Below, piece after piece: positions 38,036-49,126 of a stretch of 64,000 nucleotides of DNA (position 1 is its first letter; each line of letters begins with the position of its first letter). Below the pieces are notes generated by a model. That model was not told the origin of the DNA, made no database searches, and worked only from the letters and a program-made list of their open reading frames with translations. The stretch comes from Salinarimonadaceae bacterium. Lineage in GTDB: Bacteria > Pseudomonadota > Alphaproteobacteria > Rhizobiales > Beijerinckiaceae. A program made the position numbers and the translations under genes. Location: assembly GCA_007693435.1 (NCBI GenBank), contig REDO01000057.1, positions 9,010-73,009 of the forward strand, read 5' to 3'.

Positions 38036-38479
38036 TCAACCCTTCTTCTTGTACATGGCGAGCATGCGCTGAGTGACGAGGAAGCCGCCGAATATGTTCA
38101 CCGAGGCCATGACGAGCGCGAGGAAGCCCAATACCTGGGCGCCCATCCCCGCGCCGCTGTCCGTGAGCGCGCTCGCCGCCGGCATTCCGACCGCGAGCAG
38201 CGCGCCGACCACGATCACCGAGGAAATCGCGTTCGTGACCGACATCAGGGGCGTGTGCAGCGCGGGCGTGACAGCCCAGACCACGTAATAGCCCACGAAG
38301 ATCGCGAGCACGAAGATCGCGAGGCGGAAGACCGTCGGATCGACGCCGCCGCCGGTCGCGGAAGCGAGGGTGAGCGCGATCGATTCGGCGTAGGCCTCGG
38401 CTGCGCTAGCGGCCTCGCGCGCGGCCTCCGCGGCCGCTTCGGCGCGCTCCAGCGCCTGTTCGGGAGTGAGGTTCGACAT
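38036..38479 (-). CDS. pntA: NAD(P) transhydrogenase subunit alpha part 2 (membrane dII part)
   Basis: The 147-aa product has four TM helices ([33 protein letters not shown]) and lies between pntAA and pntB. Confidence 0.9.
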   Translation of the reverse strand: MSNLTPEQALERAEAAAEAAREAASAAEAYAESIALTLASATGGGVDPTVFRLAIFVLAIFVGYYVVWAVTPALHTPLMSVTNAISSVIVVGALLAVGMPAASALTDSGAGMGAQVLGFLALVMASVNIFGGFLVTQRMLAMYKKKG

Positions 38480-38510
38480 CGTGTCCCCCGTTGCGATGCT
38501 TGCGCCGGCG

Positions 38511-39647
38511 TCAGGCGGCGGGCTGGAAATTCGGATGCACGACGGAGCCGTCGCGCGTGAGCAGCGTCGCTTTCACGAGCTCGTCGTCCCAGTTCACGGC
38601 GAGCGTCTTCTCGTCCTTGTTCACCAGCGTCTCGACGAAGGCGTAGAGGTTCTTGGCGTAGAGCGCCGAGGCGCTCGCCGCGATGCGGCCTGGGACATTG
38701 AGGTGTCCGACGATCTTCACGCCCTGATGCTCGACCACTTCACCGGCCTTGGAGAGCTCGCAATTGCCGCCGCGCTCGACCGCGAGATCGACGATGACGG
38801 AGCCGGCCTTCATCGATTCGACCATGGCCTTGGTCACAAGCACCGGAGCCGGGCGACCAGGGATCAGCGCGGTGGTGATCACCATGTCCTGCTTGGCGAT
38901 GTGGGAGGCGACGAGTTCGGCCTGCTTGGCCTTGTATTCCGCCGACATCTCCTTGGCGTATCCGGCCGCCGTCTCGGCCTGCCTGAACTCGTCGTCCTCG
39001 ACGGCGACGAATTTGGCGCCGAGACTTTGCACCTGCTCCTTGACGGCGGGGCGCACGTCGGTCGCGGAGACGACGGCCCCGAGGCGACGCGCGGTCGCGA
39101 TGGCCTGAAGCCCCGCAACGCCTGCGCCCATCACGAAGGCGCGGGCGGCGGGAATGGTTCCGGCGGCCGTCATCATCATCGGCATGGCGCGGCCGTATTC
39201 GGCGGCGGCGTCGAGGACGGCGCGATAGCCGGCGAGGTTGGCCTGGCTCGAGAGCACGTCCATGGTCTGCGCGCGCGTGATGCGCGGCATCAGCTCCATG
39301 GAAAAGGCGGCAAGTCCCTTGGCGGCGATGGCCTCAAGGGCGTCTCGCGCCCCGTAGGGGTCCATGATCGCGACGAGAATCGCGCCTGGTTTGAACAGGC
39401 CGAGGCGCGAGGCCTCCGGGCGGCGAACCAGCAGAACGATGTCGGCGTCGCCCGCGGCGTTCTCGGCATTGGCGACGATGCTCGCCCCGGCGGCCTCGAA
39501 ATCGGCGTCGGTCACGCCCGATCCGAGACCTGCGCCGGATTGAATGGCGACTTCGGCGCCGAGCGCCTTGAATTTCTTCACTGTCTCCGGCGACGCGGCC
39601 ACGCGGCGCTCGTTGGCGTCGGTTTCCGTCAAAACGGCGATACGCAT
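38511..39647 (-). CDS. pntA: NAD(P) transhydrogenase subunit alpha part 1 (dI, NAD(H)-binding)
   Basis: [25 protein letters not shown] and the Rossmann motif [20 protein letters not shown] are present. I placed the start at the internal ATG 39647. Confidence 0.9.
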   Translation of the reverse strand: MRIAVLTETDANERRVAASPETVKKFKALGAEVAIQSGAGLGSGVTDADFEAAGASIVANAENAAGDADIVLLVRRPEASRLGLFKPGAILVAIMDPYGARDALEAIAAKGLAAFSMELMPRITRAQTMDVLSSQANLAGYRAVLDAAAEYGRAMPMMMTAAGTIPAARAFVMGAGVAGLQAIATARRLGAVVSATDVRPAVKEQVQSLGAKFVAVEDDEFRQAETAAGYAKEMSAEYKAKQAELVASHIAKQDMVITTALIPGRPAPVLVTKAMVESMKAGSVIVDLAVERGGNCELSKAGEVVEHQGVKIVGHLNVPGRIAASASALYAKNLYAFVETLVNKDEKTLAVNWDDELVKATLLTRDGSVVHPNFQPAA

Positions 39648-39718
39648 GCCTTGCCCCCCGGTCGTTCGTTCGGCGCGAGCGGCGGCGCCGCCCGTCGCGA
39701 AAGCGCTCGAGGCGCCGT

Positions 39719-40012
39719 TCACATGACGATGAAGCTGAGCGTCATCAGACCGAGCACGGCGGCCGAGGCTTTCCAGCTGACCGAGCGTGACACCGCGCCG
39801 ACCGCGCCGGCGACGCCGGAGAGCACGACGAAGAATATGGCGGTGAGCCAGGCGCCCTTCACGCCGCCCATGGCCAGCGCGAGCACCCAGCAGGCGACCA
39901 CGAGCGTGGATATCGTGGTGAACTCGATGAACCCGTCATAGGTCTTCTCGTGGGTCTCGCTGTCCATTTCGGGGCTGTAGCCGTCGCCGGGCTGACGGTC
40001 GCTTTGCGCCAT
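39719..40012 (-). CDS. small membrane protein with aa3-type cytochrome oxidase subunit IV-like motif, first gene of the pnt cluster
   Basis: HEKTYDGFIEFTTISTLVVACWVLALAM resembles the bacterial COX4 (PF07835-type) H-x2-TY-x-F motif plus a TM helix. Additional TM helices follow. The family assignment is from memory only. Confidence 0.45.
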   Translation of the reverse strand: MAQSDRQPGDGYSPEMDSETHEKTYDGFIEFTTISTLVVACWVLALAMGGVKGAWLTAIFFVVLSGVAGAVGAVSRSVSWKASAAVLGLMTLSFIVM

Positions 40013-40127
40013 GATCGCCGTGTCCTGTGTTTCCCAGAGTTGATTGGTTCGCGTTTAGCCCAACGCGGCGCGCACCGCAACGCTCTGATGACTCCCGGCC
40101 ATGCTTTCCACGCAAAGCGCAGGCGGC

Positions 40128-41498
40128 TCAGGCGACCGGTGGCGTCAGTCCGGCCTTCGCGAGAGCCGCGGCCTGACGCTCCGCGAGGCTTTCCAGGTCG
40201 AAACGGGCGATCTCCGCCTCGAAAAGCTCGTGATAGTTCAGTTCAGAGCGCAGATGCAGGAACACCGCGCCGAGCCCGATCGCGGCGCGGTCCATGAAGA
40301 CGAATTCGCGCGGCACGGTCACCGGCCCCTTCTCCTTGAGCGCCTTGTGCACCTGAAAGGCCTGCCTGCGCCCGTATTCGCCGGGCTTGATTCCGTCGGC
40401 GATGGTGCGCACGCGGTCTTCCAGCAACGGCCCGTAGATGAATCGCGCCCAGATGTTGAGGATGTCGATCAACTCGTTCGAGAGCTTCTTGAACCCCCAG
40501 GTCTCGTAAGCGTGGACCGTGCGCGCTCGGTCGTCCTCGCGCAGGCCGTGATAGAGATCGACGACGCCGCCCACGAATTTCGGCGGGAAGATGCGGATGC
40601 AGCCGTAATCGAGCAGGTTGATGCCCTGCGGCTCCCCGCCCTCGTCGAAGACGGTGTAATTGCCCAGATGCGGATCGCCATGGATGACCGCCGCCTGGCT
40701 GAACGGGTGCCACCAGGCCTTGAACATCGCGATGGCGAGGCGGTTGCGGATCTCGACGGACGAGTCCTTGAAATCGAGGATGGGCCGACCCTCGAGCCAG
40801 GAGAGCGTCAGCAGGCGGCGGGTGGACAATTCGTCGACGACCTTCGGCACACGCACCGCGTCCACGTCGCGCAGGGCGTTCTCGTAGAGCGCCGCATGGC
40901 GCGCCTCGCGCACGTAATCGAGCTCCTCGCGCACCCGGTCGCCGATCTCCTGCGCGATCTCGCGCGTGTCGATGGCGGGGTCCATCCTGCGATGGACGGC
41001 GAAGACGAGGTCGAGCTGCTTGAGATCGGCCTCCACGGCCGATTGCATGTCGGGATATTGCAGCTTGCAGGCGAGTGGCGCGCCATCGAGGCCGGTCGCG
41101 CGGTGAACCTGCCCGAGCGAGGCGGCGGCGGCGGGCTTCAGGTCGAATTCGGCGAAACGCTTGCGCCAGTCGGGACCGAGCTCCGCCTGCATGCGGCGCT
41201 TGACGAAGGCCGCGCCCATGGGCGGCGCCTCCGATTGCAGCTTCTGGAGCTCGGCGGCGTATTCCGGCGGCAGCGCCTCGGGAATCGTGGCGAGCAGCTG
41301 CGCGACCTTCATGATCGGCCCCTTCAGGCCGCCCAAAGCCTGCGCCAGGGCGGCCGCGCCGTCGCCGCGCGCGCCCTGGCCGCCGAACAGGCGAGCGCCC
41401 GCGACGCGCGCGGCGACGGCGCCGACATTGGCCCCGACTCGGGCGTAGCGGGCGGCGCGGGCGGACATGCGGTTGGCTTCGCGGTCGCGGGTGGACAT
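40128..41498 (-). CDS. ABC1/UbiB-family atypical kinase
   Basis: GPIMKVAQLLATIPEALPPEYAAELQKLQSEAPPM, ASLGQVH, VHGDPHLGNY and LLDYGCI are the ABC1 kinase-like motifs. I placed the start at the ATG (MSTRDRE) to avoid overlapping miaA. Confidence 0.85.
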   Translation of the reverse strand: MSTRDREANRMSARAARYARVGANVGAVAARVAGARLFGGQGARGDGAAALAQALGGLKGPIMKVAQLLATIPEALPPEYAAELQKLQSEAPPMGAAFVKRRMQAELGPDWRKRFAEFDLKPAAAASLGQVHRATGLDGAPLACKLQYPDMQSAVEADLKQLDLVFAVHRRMDPAIDTREIAQEIGDRVREELDYVREARHAALYENALRDVDAVRVPKVVDELSTRRLLTLSWLEGRPILDFKDSSVEIRNRLAIAMFKAWWHPFSQAAVIHGDPHLGNYTVFDEGGEPQGINLLDYGCIRIFPPKFVGGVVDLYHGLREDDRARTVHAYETWGFKKLSNELIDILNIWARFIYGPLLEDRVRTIADGIKPGEYGRRQAFQVHKALKEKGPVTVPREFVFMDRAAIGLGAVFLHLRSELNYHELFEAEIARFDLESLAERQAAALAKAGLTPPVA

Positions 41499-41526
41499 GG
41501 GCGGGCGATCTCCTTGGGAAGGAATG

Positions 41527-42492
41527 TCAGCCTTCAGATAGCGTCGCATCGGCGCGCGTGAAGTGCGCAGGGTCGCGGCGGGCCGCCGCGAGCGCCGATT
41601 CGGGGGCTATCCACTCCCAGCCGGGCATCGAATTTCGAAACCAGGTGAACTGTCGCTTGGCGTAGGCGCGGGTGTCCGCCTTGCCCCGCGCGACCGCCTC
41701 GGAGAGGCTCGTCTCGCCGCGCAGATGCGCGATCAGGCCCGGCACGCCGTGGGCGCGCATCACGGGCAGCATCGGATCGAGCCCGCGCTCGGCGAGCGCC
41801 GTGACCTCGTCCAGCGCGCCCTGCGCCATCATCGCGTCGAAGCGGGAGTCGATGCGCGCGCGCAGCTCGCTGCGGTCGGGGGCGAGGAATATCCGGCGCA
41901 AGGCGCGTCCCGCCAGCGGCCCCGGCTCGCGCGAGGCGTGGAATGACGATATGGAGCGCCCGGTCGCCGCGTGGATTTCGAGGGCGCGCAGCACGCGCAG
42001 CCGGTCGCTCGGCCTAAGGCGCGCGGCGCTCCCCGGATCGCGCGCCGCGAGACGGGCGTGCAGTTCCGGCGTCTCGACCCCTTCCGCCTCGGCGCGAACC
42101 TGCGCCCGCACGGCCTCGGGAACGGCCGGCATGTCGGAGAGCCCCTCGATCGCCGCCTTGAAATAGAGCCCGGTGCCGCCGACGAGGATCGGGACGAGGC
42201 CGGCGCGCGCGGCCTGCGCGATCTCGCGTGCGGCTTCCTCGAGCCAGCGACCGACCGAATGATTCACCGCTCCGTCGACATGGCCGTAGAGCCTATGCGG
42301 CGCCTGCGCCTCCTCCTCCGGCGCCGGGCGCGCGGTGATGACGCGCAGGTCGGCGTAGACCTGCATCGAATCGGCGTTGATCACCACGCCGCCGATCGCG
42401 CGGGCGAGCGTCGCCGCAAGGGCGGATTTTCCGGAAGCGGTCGGGCCGGCGATCAGGACAGGGGCATTCGCGGCGAGGTCGGGGGCGTTCAT
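41527..42492 (-). CDS. miaA: tRNA dimethylallyltransferase
   Basis: The P-loop [33 protein letters not shown] and VGGTGLYF are present. I placed the start at MNAPDLA. Confidence 0.9.
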   Translation of the reverse strand: MNAPDLAANAPVLIAGPTASGKSALAATLARAIGGVVINADSMQVYADLRVITARPAPEEEAQAPHRLYGHVDGAVNHSVGRWLEEAAREIAQAARAGLVPILVGGTGLYFKAAIEGLSDMPAVPEAVRAQVRAEAEGVETPELHARLAARDPGSAARLRPSDRLRVLRALEIHAATGRSISSFHASREPGPLAGRALRRIFLAPDRSELRARIDSRFDAMMAQGALDEVTALAERGLDPMLPVMRAHGVPGLIAHLRGETSLSEAVARGKADTRAYAKRQFTWFRNSMPGWEWIAPESALAAARRDPAHFTRADATLSEG

Positions 42493-42737
42493 CGCGCCTT
42501 GATACTCCGCCCAAGGCGCCCCCGAAAGGATTTCCGCGCAAGCGACTGCGCCAATGCGCCCGACAATAGATTCGGCCCGACCGTCAGTCGATTCCGAGCC
42601 GAATCGCGCAGCGGACAATCATCCTTTCCGTCACTGGGTCCATCAGCGTCAATCCGTAATATCCTGATCGACTCGGCGCCGCATTCGACGTGATGTGTCA
42701 AATCTTGTATTGATTGATCCTCAATTTAGACGCAACC

Positions 42738-42766
42738 TTGCCAAAATTCATCGCATCTCATATATA
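42738..42766 (+). promoter_or_regulatory. candidate sigma70-type promoter of proVWX
   Basis: TTGCCA (42738-43), a 17-nt spacer and TATATA (42761-66) lie in an AT-rich gap about 90 nt upstream of the proV ATG. Confidence 0.4.
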
Positions 42767-42852
42767 AGCGTGCACTCAAGATCGCAGCACAGCCGGGGCT
42801 TTATTGCCCTTTCGGCCTCGTGTCGTTTTGCGGCGATCAACCAAGGATACCT

Positions 42853-44118
42853 ATGAACGAACCACAAAAACCCGACAAAATCGTCGTGCGCAACCTCTTC
42901 AAAGTGTTCGGCGACGACCCCCGCCAGGCCATGGAGCTCGTGCGGCAGGGCCTCGGCAAGGACGAGATCTTCGCCCGCACCGGCCAGACGATCGGCGTCC
43001 ACGACGCCAGTTTCACGATCCGCGAGGGCGAGATTTTCGTGATCATGGGGCTGTCCGGATCGGGCAAGTCGACCATGGTGCGGATGTTCAACCGCCTGCA
43101 TGAGCCGACCGACGGCGTGATCGAGATCGACGGGCGCGACATCACCAAGCTGGACGGCCCCGAATTGCGCCGCCTGCGCCGGGAGACCGTAAGCATGGTC
43201 TTTCAGTCATTCGCGCTGATGCCCCATATGACGGTAATTGACAATGTCGCGTTCGGGCTCGAGCTCGGCGGCATGGCGCGCAACGAGCGTCATGCCCGCG
43301 CGCTCGCGGCTCTGGAGCAGGTAGGCCTCGCAGCCAACGCCTACAGCTACCCGGACGAATTGTCGGGCGGCATGCAGCAGCGCGTCGGCCTCGCCCGCGC
43401 GCTCGCCGCCGATCCGCCGATCCTGCTCATGGACGAGGCCTTTTCGGCGCTCGATCCGCTGATCCGCACGGAGATGCAGGACGAACTCCTGACGCTCCAG
43501 GAGGAAAAGCAGCGCACCGTCATCTTCATCAGCCACGATCTTGACGAGGCCATGCGCATCGGCGACCGAATCGCCATCATGGAGGGCGGGCTCGTCGTGC
43601 AGGTCGGCACTCCCGACGAAATCCTGAAGAACCCGGCGAACGATTATGTGCGCTCGTTCTTCCGGGGCGTCGACGTGTCGAAGGTCATCACCGCGCGAGA
43701 CATTGCGCGCCGCACGCAGGTCACACTGATCGACAAGCCCGAGCAAGGTCCGCGCGCGGCTCTTCGCCTGCTTGAGGATTTCGACCGCGAATACGGCTAT
43801 GTGCTCGGACGCGGGCGCCGCTTCATCGGCGTTGTCAGCGTCACGGGGCTCGAGGAGGCGCGCAAGCGCGACGAGCCGCTCGAGAAGGCGCTCGTGCGTG
43901 ACTGTCCCACCGTTTCGCCGGAAACGACGCTTTTTGATCTCATGGGCGTCGTGGCGGAGACATCGCACCCCGTACCGGTGGTCGACGAGGGGGGCCGATA
44001 CGTCGGCGCCATTTCGCGCAGCGCGCTTCTGCGGGCTCTGGACGGCGGTTCCGCCGGTATGGCCGCGCCGCCTGCTCCCGCCGAGGCCCCGACACTCGTA
44101 GCGGGGGCGGCGTCATGA
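42853..44118 (+). CDS. proV: glycine betaine/proline ABC transporter ATP-binding protein with tandem CBS domains
   Basis: Walker [10 protein letters not shown], the signature [15 protein letters not shown], Walker [13 protein letters not shown] and a C-terminal CBS pair are present. Confidence 0.9.
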   Translation: MNEPQKPDKIVVRNLFKVFGDDPRQAMELVRQGLGKDEIFARTGQTIGVHDASFTIREGEIFVIMGLSGSGKSTMVRMFNRLHEPTDGVIEIDGRDITKLDGPELRRLRRETVSMVFQSFALMPHMTVIDNVAFGLELGGMARNERHARALAALEQVGLAANAYSYPDELSGGMQQRVGLARALAADPPILLMDEAFSALDPLIRTEMQDELLTLQEEKQRTVIFISHDLDEAMRIGDRIAIMEGGLVVQVGTPDEILKNPANDYVRSFFRGVDVSKVITARDIARRTQVTLIDKPEQGPRAALRLLEDFDREYGYVLGRGRRFIGVVSVTGLEEARKRDEPLEKALVRDCPTVSPETTLFDLMGVVAETSHPVPVVDEGGRYVGAISRSALLRALDGGSAGMAAPPAPAEAPTLVAGAAS

Positions 44119-45107
44119 GCGGTTTCAACATTCTCTACCCCTTCGAGACACTGCGCCTCCCCTTCTCTGACTGGGTGAAGGACGCCTTCACCTGGATATC
44201 GGGCGGGCGCGACTTCTTCCGCGCCGTGCGCCAGCCCATCGACTGGGCGCTGGACAACGTCGAGAGCCTTTTGCTCTTCGCGCCGCCAAGCGTGACGATC
44301 GCGATCATCGCGCTGATCGCCTGGCAGGTCGCCGGCGGCAGGCTGGCGATCGGGACGCTTCTGAGCCTCGTCTTCATCGGCATGATCGGGGCCTATCCGG
44401 CGACGATGACGACACTTGCGCTCGTGCTCACGGCAGTGGCCTTCTGCGCCGCGATCGGCATCCCGCTCGGCATCCTCGCCGCGCGCAGCGACCGTTTCGA
44501 GCAGGGCCTGCGGCCCGTTCTCGACACGATGCAGACGACGCCGGCATTCGTCTATCTCGTGCCCATCGTCGTGCTGTTCGGCATCGGCAACGTGCCCGGC
44601 GTGATCGTGACGATCATCTTCGCCGTCGCGCCGCTGATCAGGCTGACCAATCTCGGCATCCGGCAAGTGCCCAAGGATGTGATCGAGGCGGCCCACGCCT
44701 TCGGCGCGTCGCGCGGGCAACTGCTCTGGAAGGTGCAGCTGCCTCTGGCCGCCAAGACGATCATGGCCGGCGTCAACCAGTCGCTCATGCTCGCGCTCTC
44801 GATGGTGGTCATCGCCTCGATGATCTCCGTCGGCGGACTCGGCCAGATGGTCCTGCGCGGCATCGGACGCCTCGATATGGGCCTCGCCGTCATCGGCGGC
44901 GTCGGCATCGTGGCTCTCGCGATCATCCTCGACCGCATGACGCAGGCGCTCGCCCGCAGCGAGCGCGAGAGCGGCAGCGGCGGCGCTTTTCTGGAGCGCG
45001 GGCCGATCGGTCTCGCGCGGCGGCTCATGGCCTCGCGCCAGGCGTCAGGGGAATCGGCGACTGCGCCGACAGCGCCCCAACCGGCGGCGCGCGACGCAGC
45101 CGCCTGA
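44115..45107 (+). CDS. proW: glycine betaine/proline ABC transporter permease
   Basis: It overlaps the proV stop (ATGA). The BPD-transporter EAA-like loop ([24 protein letters not shown]) and multiple TM helices are present. Confidence 0.9.
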   Translation: MSGFNILYPFETLRLPFSDWVKDAFTWISGGRDFFRAVRQPIDWALDNVESLLLFAPPSVTIAIIALIAWQVAGGRLAIGTLLSLVFIGMIGAYPATMTTLALVLTAVAFCAAIGIPLGILAARSDRFEQGLRPVLDTMQTTPAFVYLVPIVVLFGIGNVPGVIVTIIFAVAPLIRLTNLGIRQVPKDVIEAAHAFGASRGQLLWKVQLPLAAKTIMAGVNQSLMLALSMVVIASMISVGGLGQMVLRGIGRLDMGLAVIGGVGIVALAIILDRMTQALARSERESGSGGAFLERGPIGLARRLMASRQASGESATAPTAPQPAARDAAA

Positions 45108-45203
45108 ACCCTTGTAGCGGGCGCCGCCACCACGCGCCCGCCCTTTCCGTGAAAAGTCCTAACGGGCGGCCGCGGACGTATTTCCACAACTCAAGGAGAA
45201 ACC

Positions 45204-46214
45204 ATGAATCAGTTATTTCGCACAGCAAGCGCCGTATCGCTCGCCACCGCCCTCGGTCTCTCGATGACTGTCGCCGCCGGAGCCCAGGAGCCCGGCGCCG
45301 GCGTCAGCGTACAGCCCATCACGAGCGGCATCGCCGAAGAGAATTTCCAGCACGAGATTCTCTTCGAGGGTCTTCGTCGCCTCGGCTACGAGGTCCGTGA
45401 TCCGCTGGAGAGCGAATACGCCGTTCTCCACGTCGCGCTGTCCAGCGGCGACGCCGACTTTACGGGCGTTCACTGGAACCTGCTGCACCAGGAGTTCTTC
45501 GAGAATTCCGGCGGCGAGGCCCGGCTGACGAAGATGGGCACGCTGATCTCCGACGTGCTCCAGGGCTACCTGATCGACAAGCGCACCGCCGATGAACACG
45601 GGATCACCAATCTCGAACAGCTCGCCGATCCCGCGGTCGCAGCGCTCTTCGACGCCTCGGGCGACGGCCGGGCCGATCTCACGGGCTGCAATCCCGGCTG
45701 GGGCTGCGAACTCGTGATCGAGCACCATATCCCCGAATACGGGCTCGGCGACACGGTGCGTCATAACCAGGGCAGCTACTTCGCCCTGATGGCCGACACC
45801 ATCGCCCGCTTCGAACGCGGCGAGTCGATCCTCTACTACACCTGGACGCCGTTGTGGGTCTCGGGCGTGCTGGTTCCGGGCGAGGACGTCGAATGGCTGG
45901 AAGTGCCCTACACCTCCCTGCCGGGCGGTTCGGACGCCACTGCTGAAGACACATCGTCAGAGGGCCGCAATCTCGGCTTCGCGGTCGATGACATCCGCGT
46001 TCTGGCCAACCGTGAATGGGCCGAAGCGAACCCGGCCGCCGCGCGCTTCCTCTCGCTCGCGACGATCCCGATCAACGACGTCTCGGCGCAGAACCTGCTG
46101 ATGCGCGACGGCGAAGATTCGGAGGCGGACGTTCTTCGTCACGCCAACGAGTGGATCGAGAACAACGCTGAAGCCTTCGAGAGCTGGGTGGCTGAGGCGC
46201 GCAACGCGTCCTGA
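45204..46214 (+). CDS. proX: glycine betaine/proline ABC transporter substrate-binding protein
   Basis: A signal peptide (VSLATALGLSMTVAAGAQE) is present. The ProX-like region WTPLWVSGVLVPGEDVEWLEVP is present, and the gene sits in the third position of the operon. Confidence 0.85.
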   Translation: MNQLFRTASAVSLATALGLSMTVAAGAQEPGAGVSVQPITSGIAEENFQHEILFEGLRRLGYEVRDPLESEYAVLHVALSSGDADFTGVHWNLLHQEFFENSGGEARLTKMGTLISDVLQGYLIDKRTADEHGITNLEQLADPAVAALFDASGDGRADLTGCNPGWGCELVIEHHIPEYGLGDTVRHNQGSYFALMADTIARFERGESILYYTWTPLWVSGVLVPGEDVEWLEVPYTSLPGGSDATAEDTSSEGRNLGFAVDDIRVLANREWAEANPAAARFLSLATIPINDVSAQNLLMRDGEDSEADVLRHANEWIENNAEAFESWVAEARNAS

Positions 46215-46242
46215 CCCTCACACCAGTTCCAAAAACGCGAAA

Positions 46243-46270
46243 GGCGGCGCATCGAGCGCCGCCTTTTTTT
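46243..46270 (+). terminator. bidirectional rho-independent terminator between convergent proX and cysK
   Basis: The stem is GGCGGCGC / GCGCCGCC with loop ATCGA. TTTTTTT follows on the plus strand. An A-rich run upstream gives TTTCGCGTTTTT on the minus strand. Confidence 0.7.
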
Positions 46271-46308
46271 CTTTTGCCGCATGAAGACTGGATCAGATGA
46301 AAACGGGC

Positions 46309-47337
46309 TCAGACGAGACCGGGATCAATCGAGGCGCCGCGCTCCAGCCATTCCGGAACGGGCAGGCCCTTCTCGCGCAGGAATTCCGGGTTGAAGAGCT
46401 TCGACTGATAGCGCGTGCCATAGTCGCACAGGATCGTGACGATGGTCTTGCCCGGGCCGAGTTGACGCGCGAGGCGAATGGCGCCGGCGACGTTCACGCC
46501 AGACGAACTGCCGAGGCACAGGCCCTCGTATTCGAGCAGGTCGAAGACGACCGGCAGCGCCTCTTCGTCGGGGATCTGGAAGGCGACGTCGATCGGGGCG
46601 TCCACGAGATTGGCCGTGATGCGCCCCTGCCCGATGCCCTCGCTGATCGAGGAGCCCGACGCCTTCAACTCGCCCGAGGTGTAATAGGAATAGAGCGCCG
46701 CGCCCATCGGATCGGCCAGCCCGATCGTGACGCCGGGCTTGCGCTCCTTCAAAGCCATGCCGACGCCCGCGAGCGTGCCGCCTGTGCCGACCGCGCAGAT
46801 GAAGCCGTCCACCTTGCCGTCGGTCTGCGCGTAGATCTCGGGGCCGGTCGTCTCGATATGGCCCTGGCGGTTCGCGACATTGTCGAACTGATTCGCCCAG
46901 ATCGCGCCGTTGGGCTCGGACTGCGCCAGTCGCTCGGCGAGACGCCCCGACACCTTCACGTAATTGTTGGGATTGGAGTAGGGAACGGCCGGCACCTCGA
47001 CGAGATCGGCGCCCGCCAGCCGCAGCATGTCCTTTTTCTCCTGGCTCTGCGTGTCCGGGATGACGATCACCGTGCGGTAGCCGAGCGCGTTGCCGACGAG
47101 CGCGAGACCGATGCCGGTATTGCCGGCCGTGCCCTCGACGATGACGCCGCCGGGACGCAGCGCGCCGCGCTGCTCCGCGTCGCGGATGATCGCGAGCGCC
47201 GCCCGGTCCTTGACCGACTGGCCGGGATTCATGAACTCGGCCTTGCCGAGAATTTCGCAGCCGGTGAGCTCGGAGGCGCGGCGCAGCCGGATCATCGGGG
47301 TGTCGCCGATCGCTTCCGTGATTCCGTTTCTCACCAT
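46309..47337 (-). CDS. cysK: cysteine synthase A / O-acetylserine sulfhydrylase-family PLP enzyme
   Basis: GDTPMIRL, the PLP-Lys motif MNPGQSVKDRAA, TAGNTGIGLA and GTGGTLAGV are present. Confidence 0.8.
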   Translation of the reverse strand: MVRNGITEAIGDTPMIRLRRASELTGCEILGKAEFMNPGQSVKDRAALAIIRDAEQRGALRPGGVIVEGTAGNTGIGLALVGNALGYRTVIVIPDTQSQEKKDMLRLAGADLVEVPAVPYSNPNNYVKVSGRLAERLAQSEPNGAIWANQFDNVANRQGHIETTGPEIYAQTDGKVDGFICAVGTGGTLAGVGMALKERKPGVTIGLADPMGAALYSYYTSGELKASGSSISEGIGQGRITANLVDAPIDVAFQIPDEEALPVVFDLLEYEGLCLGSSSGVNVAGAIRLARQLGPGKTIVTILCDYGTRYQSKLFNPEFLREKGLPVPEWLERGASIDPGLV

Positions 47338-47429
47338 GGCAACGTCCTTCTTCCCCTAACACGCAAGACGACGTGTTTTATCGTATTCGCCCTGGATTGC
47401 GAGGAAAAAGAAGCCGGCCGCTACGCGCC

Positions 47430-48464
47430 TCAGCCGCCCGTGACGCTCATATGGCGACCGACCGCCGGGCGCGAGCGGGCGCGCTCGATGACGAAGTCGT
47501 GGCCCTTGGGCTTGCGCGTGATCGCCTCGCGGATCGCCGCGATCACGGGCTCGTCACTCTCGGACGCGCGCAGGGGCGCACGCAGATCGGCGGCGTCCTC
47601 CTGGCCGAGGCACATGTAGAGCGTGCCCGTGCAGGTGAGGCGCACGCGGTTGCAGCTTTCGCAGAAATTATGCGTGAGCGGCGTGATGAAGCCGAGCCTG
47701 CCGCCCGTCTCCTCAAGCCGCACGTAGCGAGCCGGGCCGCCCGTGCGGTCGGGAAGGTCGGTCAGCGTGAAGCGGTCCATCAGCGAGGCGCGCACCTGCG
47801 ACAGGGACAGGAACTGGTCGATGCGGTCGGGCTCGATCTCGCCGAGCGGCATCACCTCGATCAGGGTGAAATCCATGCCGCGCCCGTGAGCCCATTCGAT
47901 CATGGGTATGATCTCGTCCTCGTTCACGCCCTTGAGCGCCACGGCGTTTATCTTGACGCTCAGTCCCGCCGCCTGCGCGGCGTCGATCCCCTCGATGACG
48001 CGGTTAAGATCGCCCCAGCGGGTGATCTTGCGGAACTTGTCGGGGTCGAGCGTGTCCATCGAGACGTTGATGCGGCGCACGCCGCAGGCCGCGAGCTGGG
48101 TCGCGTATTTCGCGAGCTGGGAGCCGTTCGTGGTGACCGTCAGCTCGTCCAGCGCGCCGCTGTCGAGATGGCGCTTCATGCCCTCGAACAGGCTCATGAT
48201 GTTGCGCCGGACAAGCGGCTCGCCGCCGGTGATGCGCAGCTTGCGCACGCCGAGCCCGACGAAGGCGCTGCACAACCGATCGAGCTCCTCGAGCGTCAGG
48301 AGGTCGCGCTTGGGCAGGAAAGTCATGTCCTCGGACATGCAATAGACGCAGCGGAAGTCGCAGCGGTCGGTGACCGACACGCGCAGATAGGAGACGCCAC
48401 GGCCGAAGGGATCGACGAGCGACGGTTCGAGGGTCTTCCCCGGAGCGATGTCGGAGGCGATCAT
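47430..48464 (-). CDS. moaA: GTP 3',8-cyclase (molybdenum cofactor biosynthesis protein A)
   Basis: The radical-SAM cluster motif CDFRCVYCM, the C-terminal cluster [13 protein letters not shown], and GGEPL are present. Confidence 0.95.
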   Translation of the reverse strand: MIASDIAPGKTLEPSLVDPFGRGVSYLRVSVTDRCDFRCVYCMSEDMTFLPKRDLLTLEELDRLCSAFVGLGVRKLRITGGEPLVRRNIMSLFEGMKRHLDSGALDELTVTTNGSQLAKYATQLAACGVRRINVSMDTLDPDKFRKITRWGDLNRVIEGIDAAQAAGLSVKINAVALKGVNEDEIIPMIEWAHGRGMDFTLIEVMPLGEIEPDRIDQFLSLSQVRASLMDRFTLTDLPDRTGGPARYVRLEETGGRLGFITPLTHNFCESCNRVRLTCTGTLYMCLGQEDAADLRAPLRASESDEPVIAAIREAITRKPKGHDFVIERARSRPAVGRHMSVTGG

Positions 48465-48643
48465 CAGGCTGGTTTCTCCCCTCGTGGCGCTTTTGCGTGA
48501 GTTGCGCCACTGACTTTATCTGACGCCCGCCGTATGGCGATCCGTCCGGAAGCGCCATATTGGAGCTATATGAAAGATGGTGCGGCGCGCCGCCTGCGTC
48601 AATTGCGCAGCTTGCCGCGCCGCCGGATCGGGAGAGCGCCTCA

Positions 48644-49126
48644 ATGAGCATGTCAGACATTCGATCCGCAATCGGCAAGGCCTTTGGGGCCTTATCGCCA
48701 GGCGGCGAGACATCCCCAGGCGCGCCTTCCTCCGATGCGCCCCCCGCAGCCGCAAGGCCTTGGCCGACGGAGCTGCGCGTCTCGAAGGATCGCCGCACGC
48801 TGACCGTTACCTACGACGACGGCGTATCCTTCGATCTCTCGGCCGAGTATCTGCGCGTCGCGAGCCCGTCGGCCGAGGTGCAGGGCCACAGTCCCGCACA
48901 GCGCAAGACGGTGCCGGGCAAGATCGACGTGGAGATCATGCAGATCGATCCGCTCGGCAATTACGCGGCGAAGATCGTCTTCGACGACATGCACTCGACC
49001 GGAATCTACGGCTGGGACTACCTGCGCAAGCTCGGCGAGGAGCGCGAGGAGCGCTTCGCAAGCTACCTCGCGGAGCTTCAGGAGAAGGGCCTCTCGCGCG
49101 AGCCCGCCACGCGCGTCACTCGGTGA
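48644..49126 (+). CDS. DUF971-family protein (gamma-butyrobetaine hydroxylase-like N-terminal domain)
   Basis: LTVTYDDGVSFDLSAEYLRVASPSAEVQGH ... GNYAAKIVFDDMHSTGIYGWDYLRKLG is the typical DUF971 pattern. I placed the start at the internal ATG 48644. Confidence 0.75.
   Translation: MSMSDIRSAIGKAFGALSPGGETSPGAPSSDAPPAAARPWPTELRVSKDRRTLTVTYDDGVSFDLSAEYLRVASPSAEVQGHSPAQRKTVPGKIDVEIMQIDPLGNYAAKIVFDDMHSTGIYGWDYLRKLGEEREERFASYLAELQEKGLSREPATRVTR

Noticed and set aside
36550-38076. 508-aa plus-strand ORF
   Set aside because: It is antisense to pntB and pntAB, which carry unambiguous transhydrogenase motifs. The composition is a low-complexity Arg/Asp/His run.
40101-41561. 486-aa plus-strand ORF
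   Set aside because: It is antisense to the UbiB/ABC1 kinase gene and has no recognisable domains.
46297-47619. 440-aa plus-strand ORF and the 345-aa alternate frame 46325..47362
   Set aside because: They overlap cysK, whose frame carries the PLP-Lys and Gly-rich loops. The alternatives are Arg-rich shadows.
48465-48643. Possible molybdenum-cofactor (Moco) riboswitch in the moaA leader
   Set aside because: I could not recognise the conserved Moco-RNA core motifs by eye in the about 95-nt leader. The Moco motif is mostly reported from gamma and delta lineages as far as I recall. An Rfam/Infernal scan (RF01055) would settle it.
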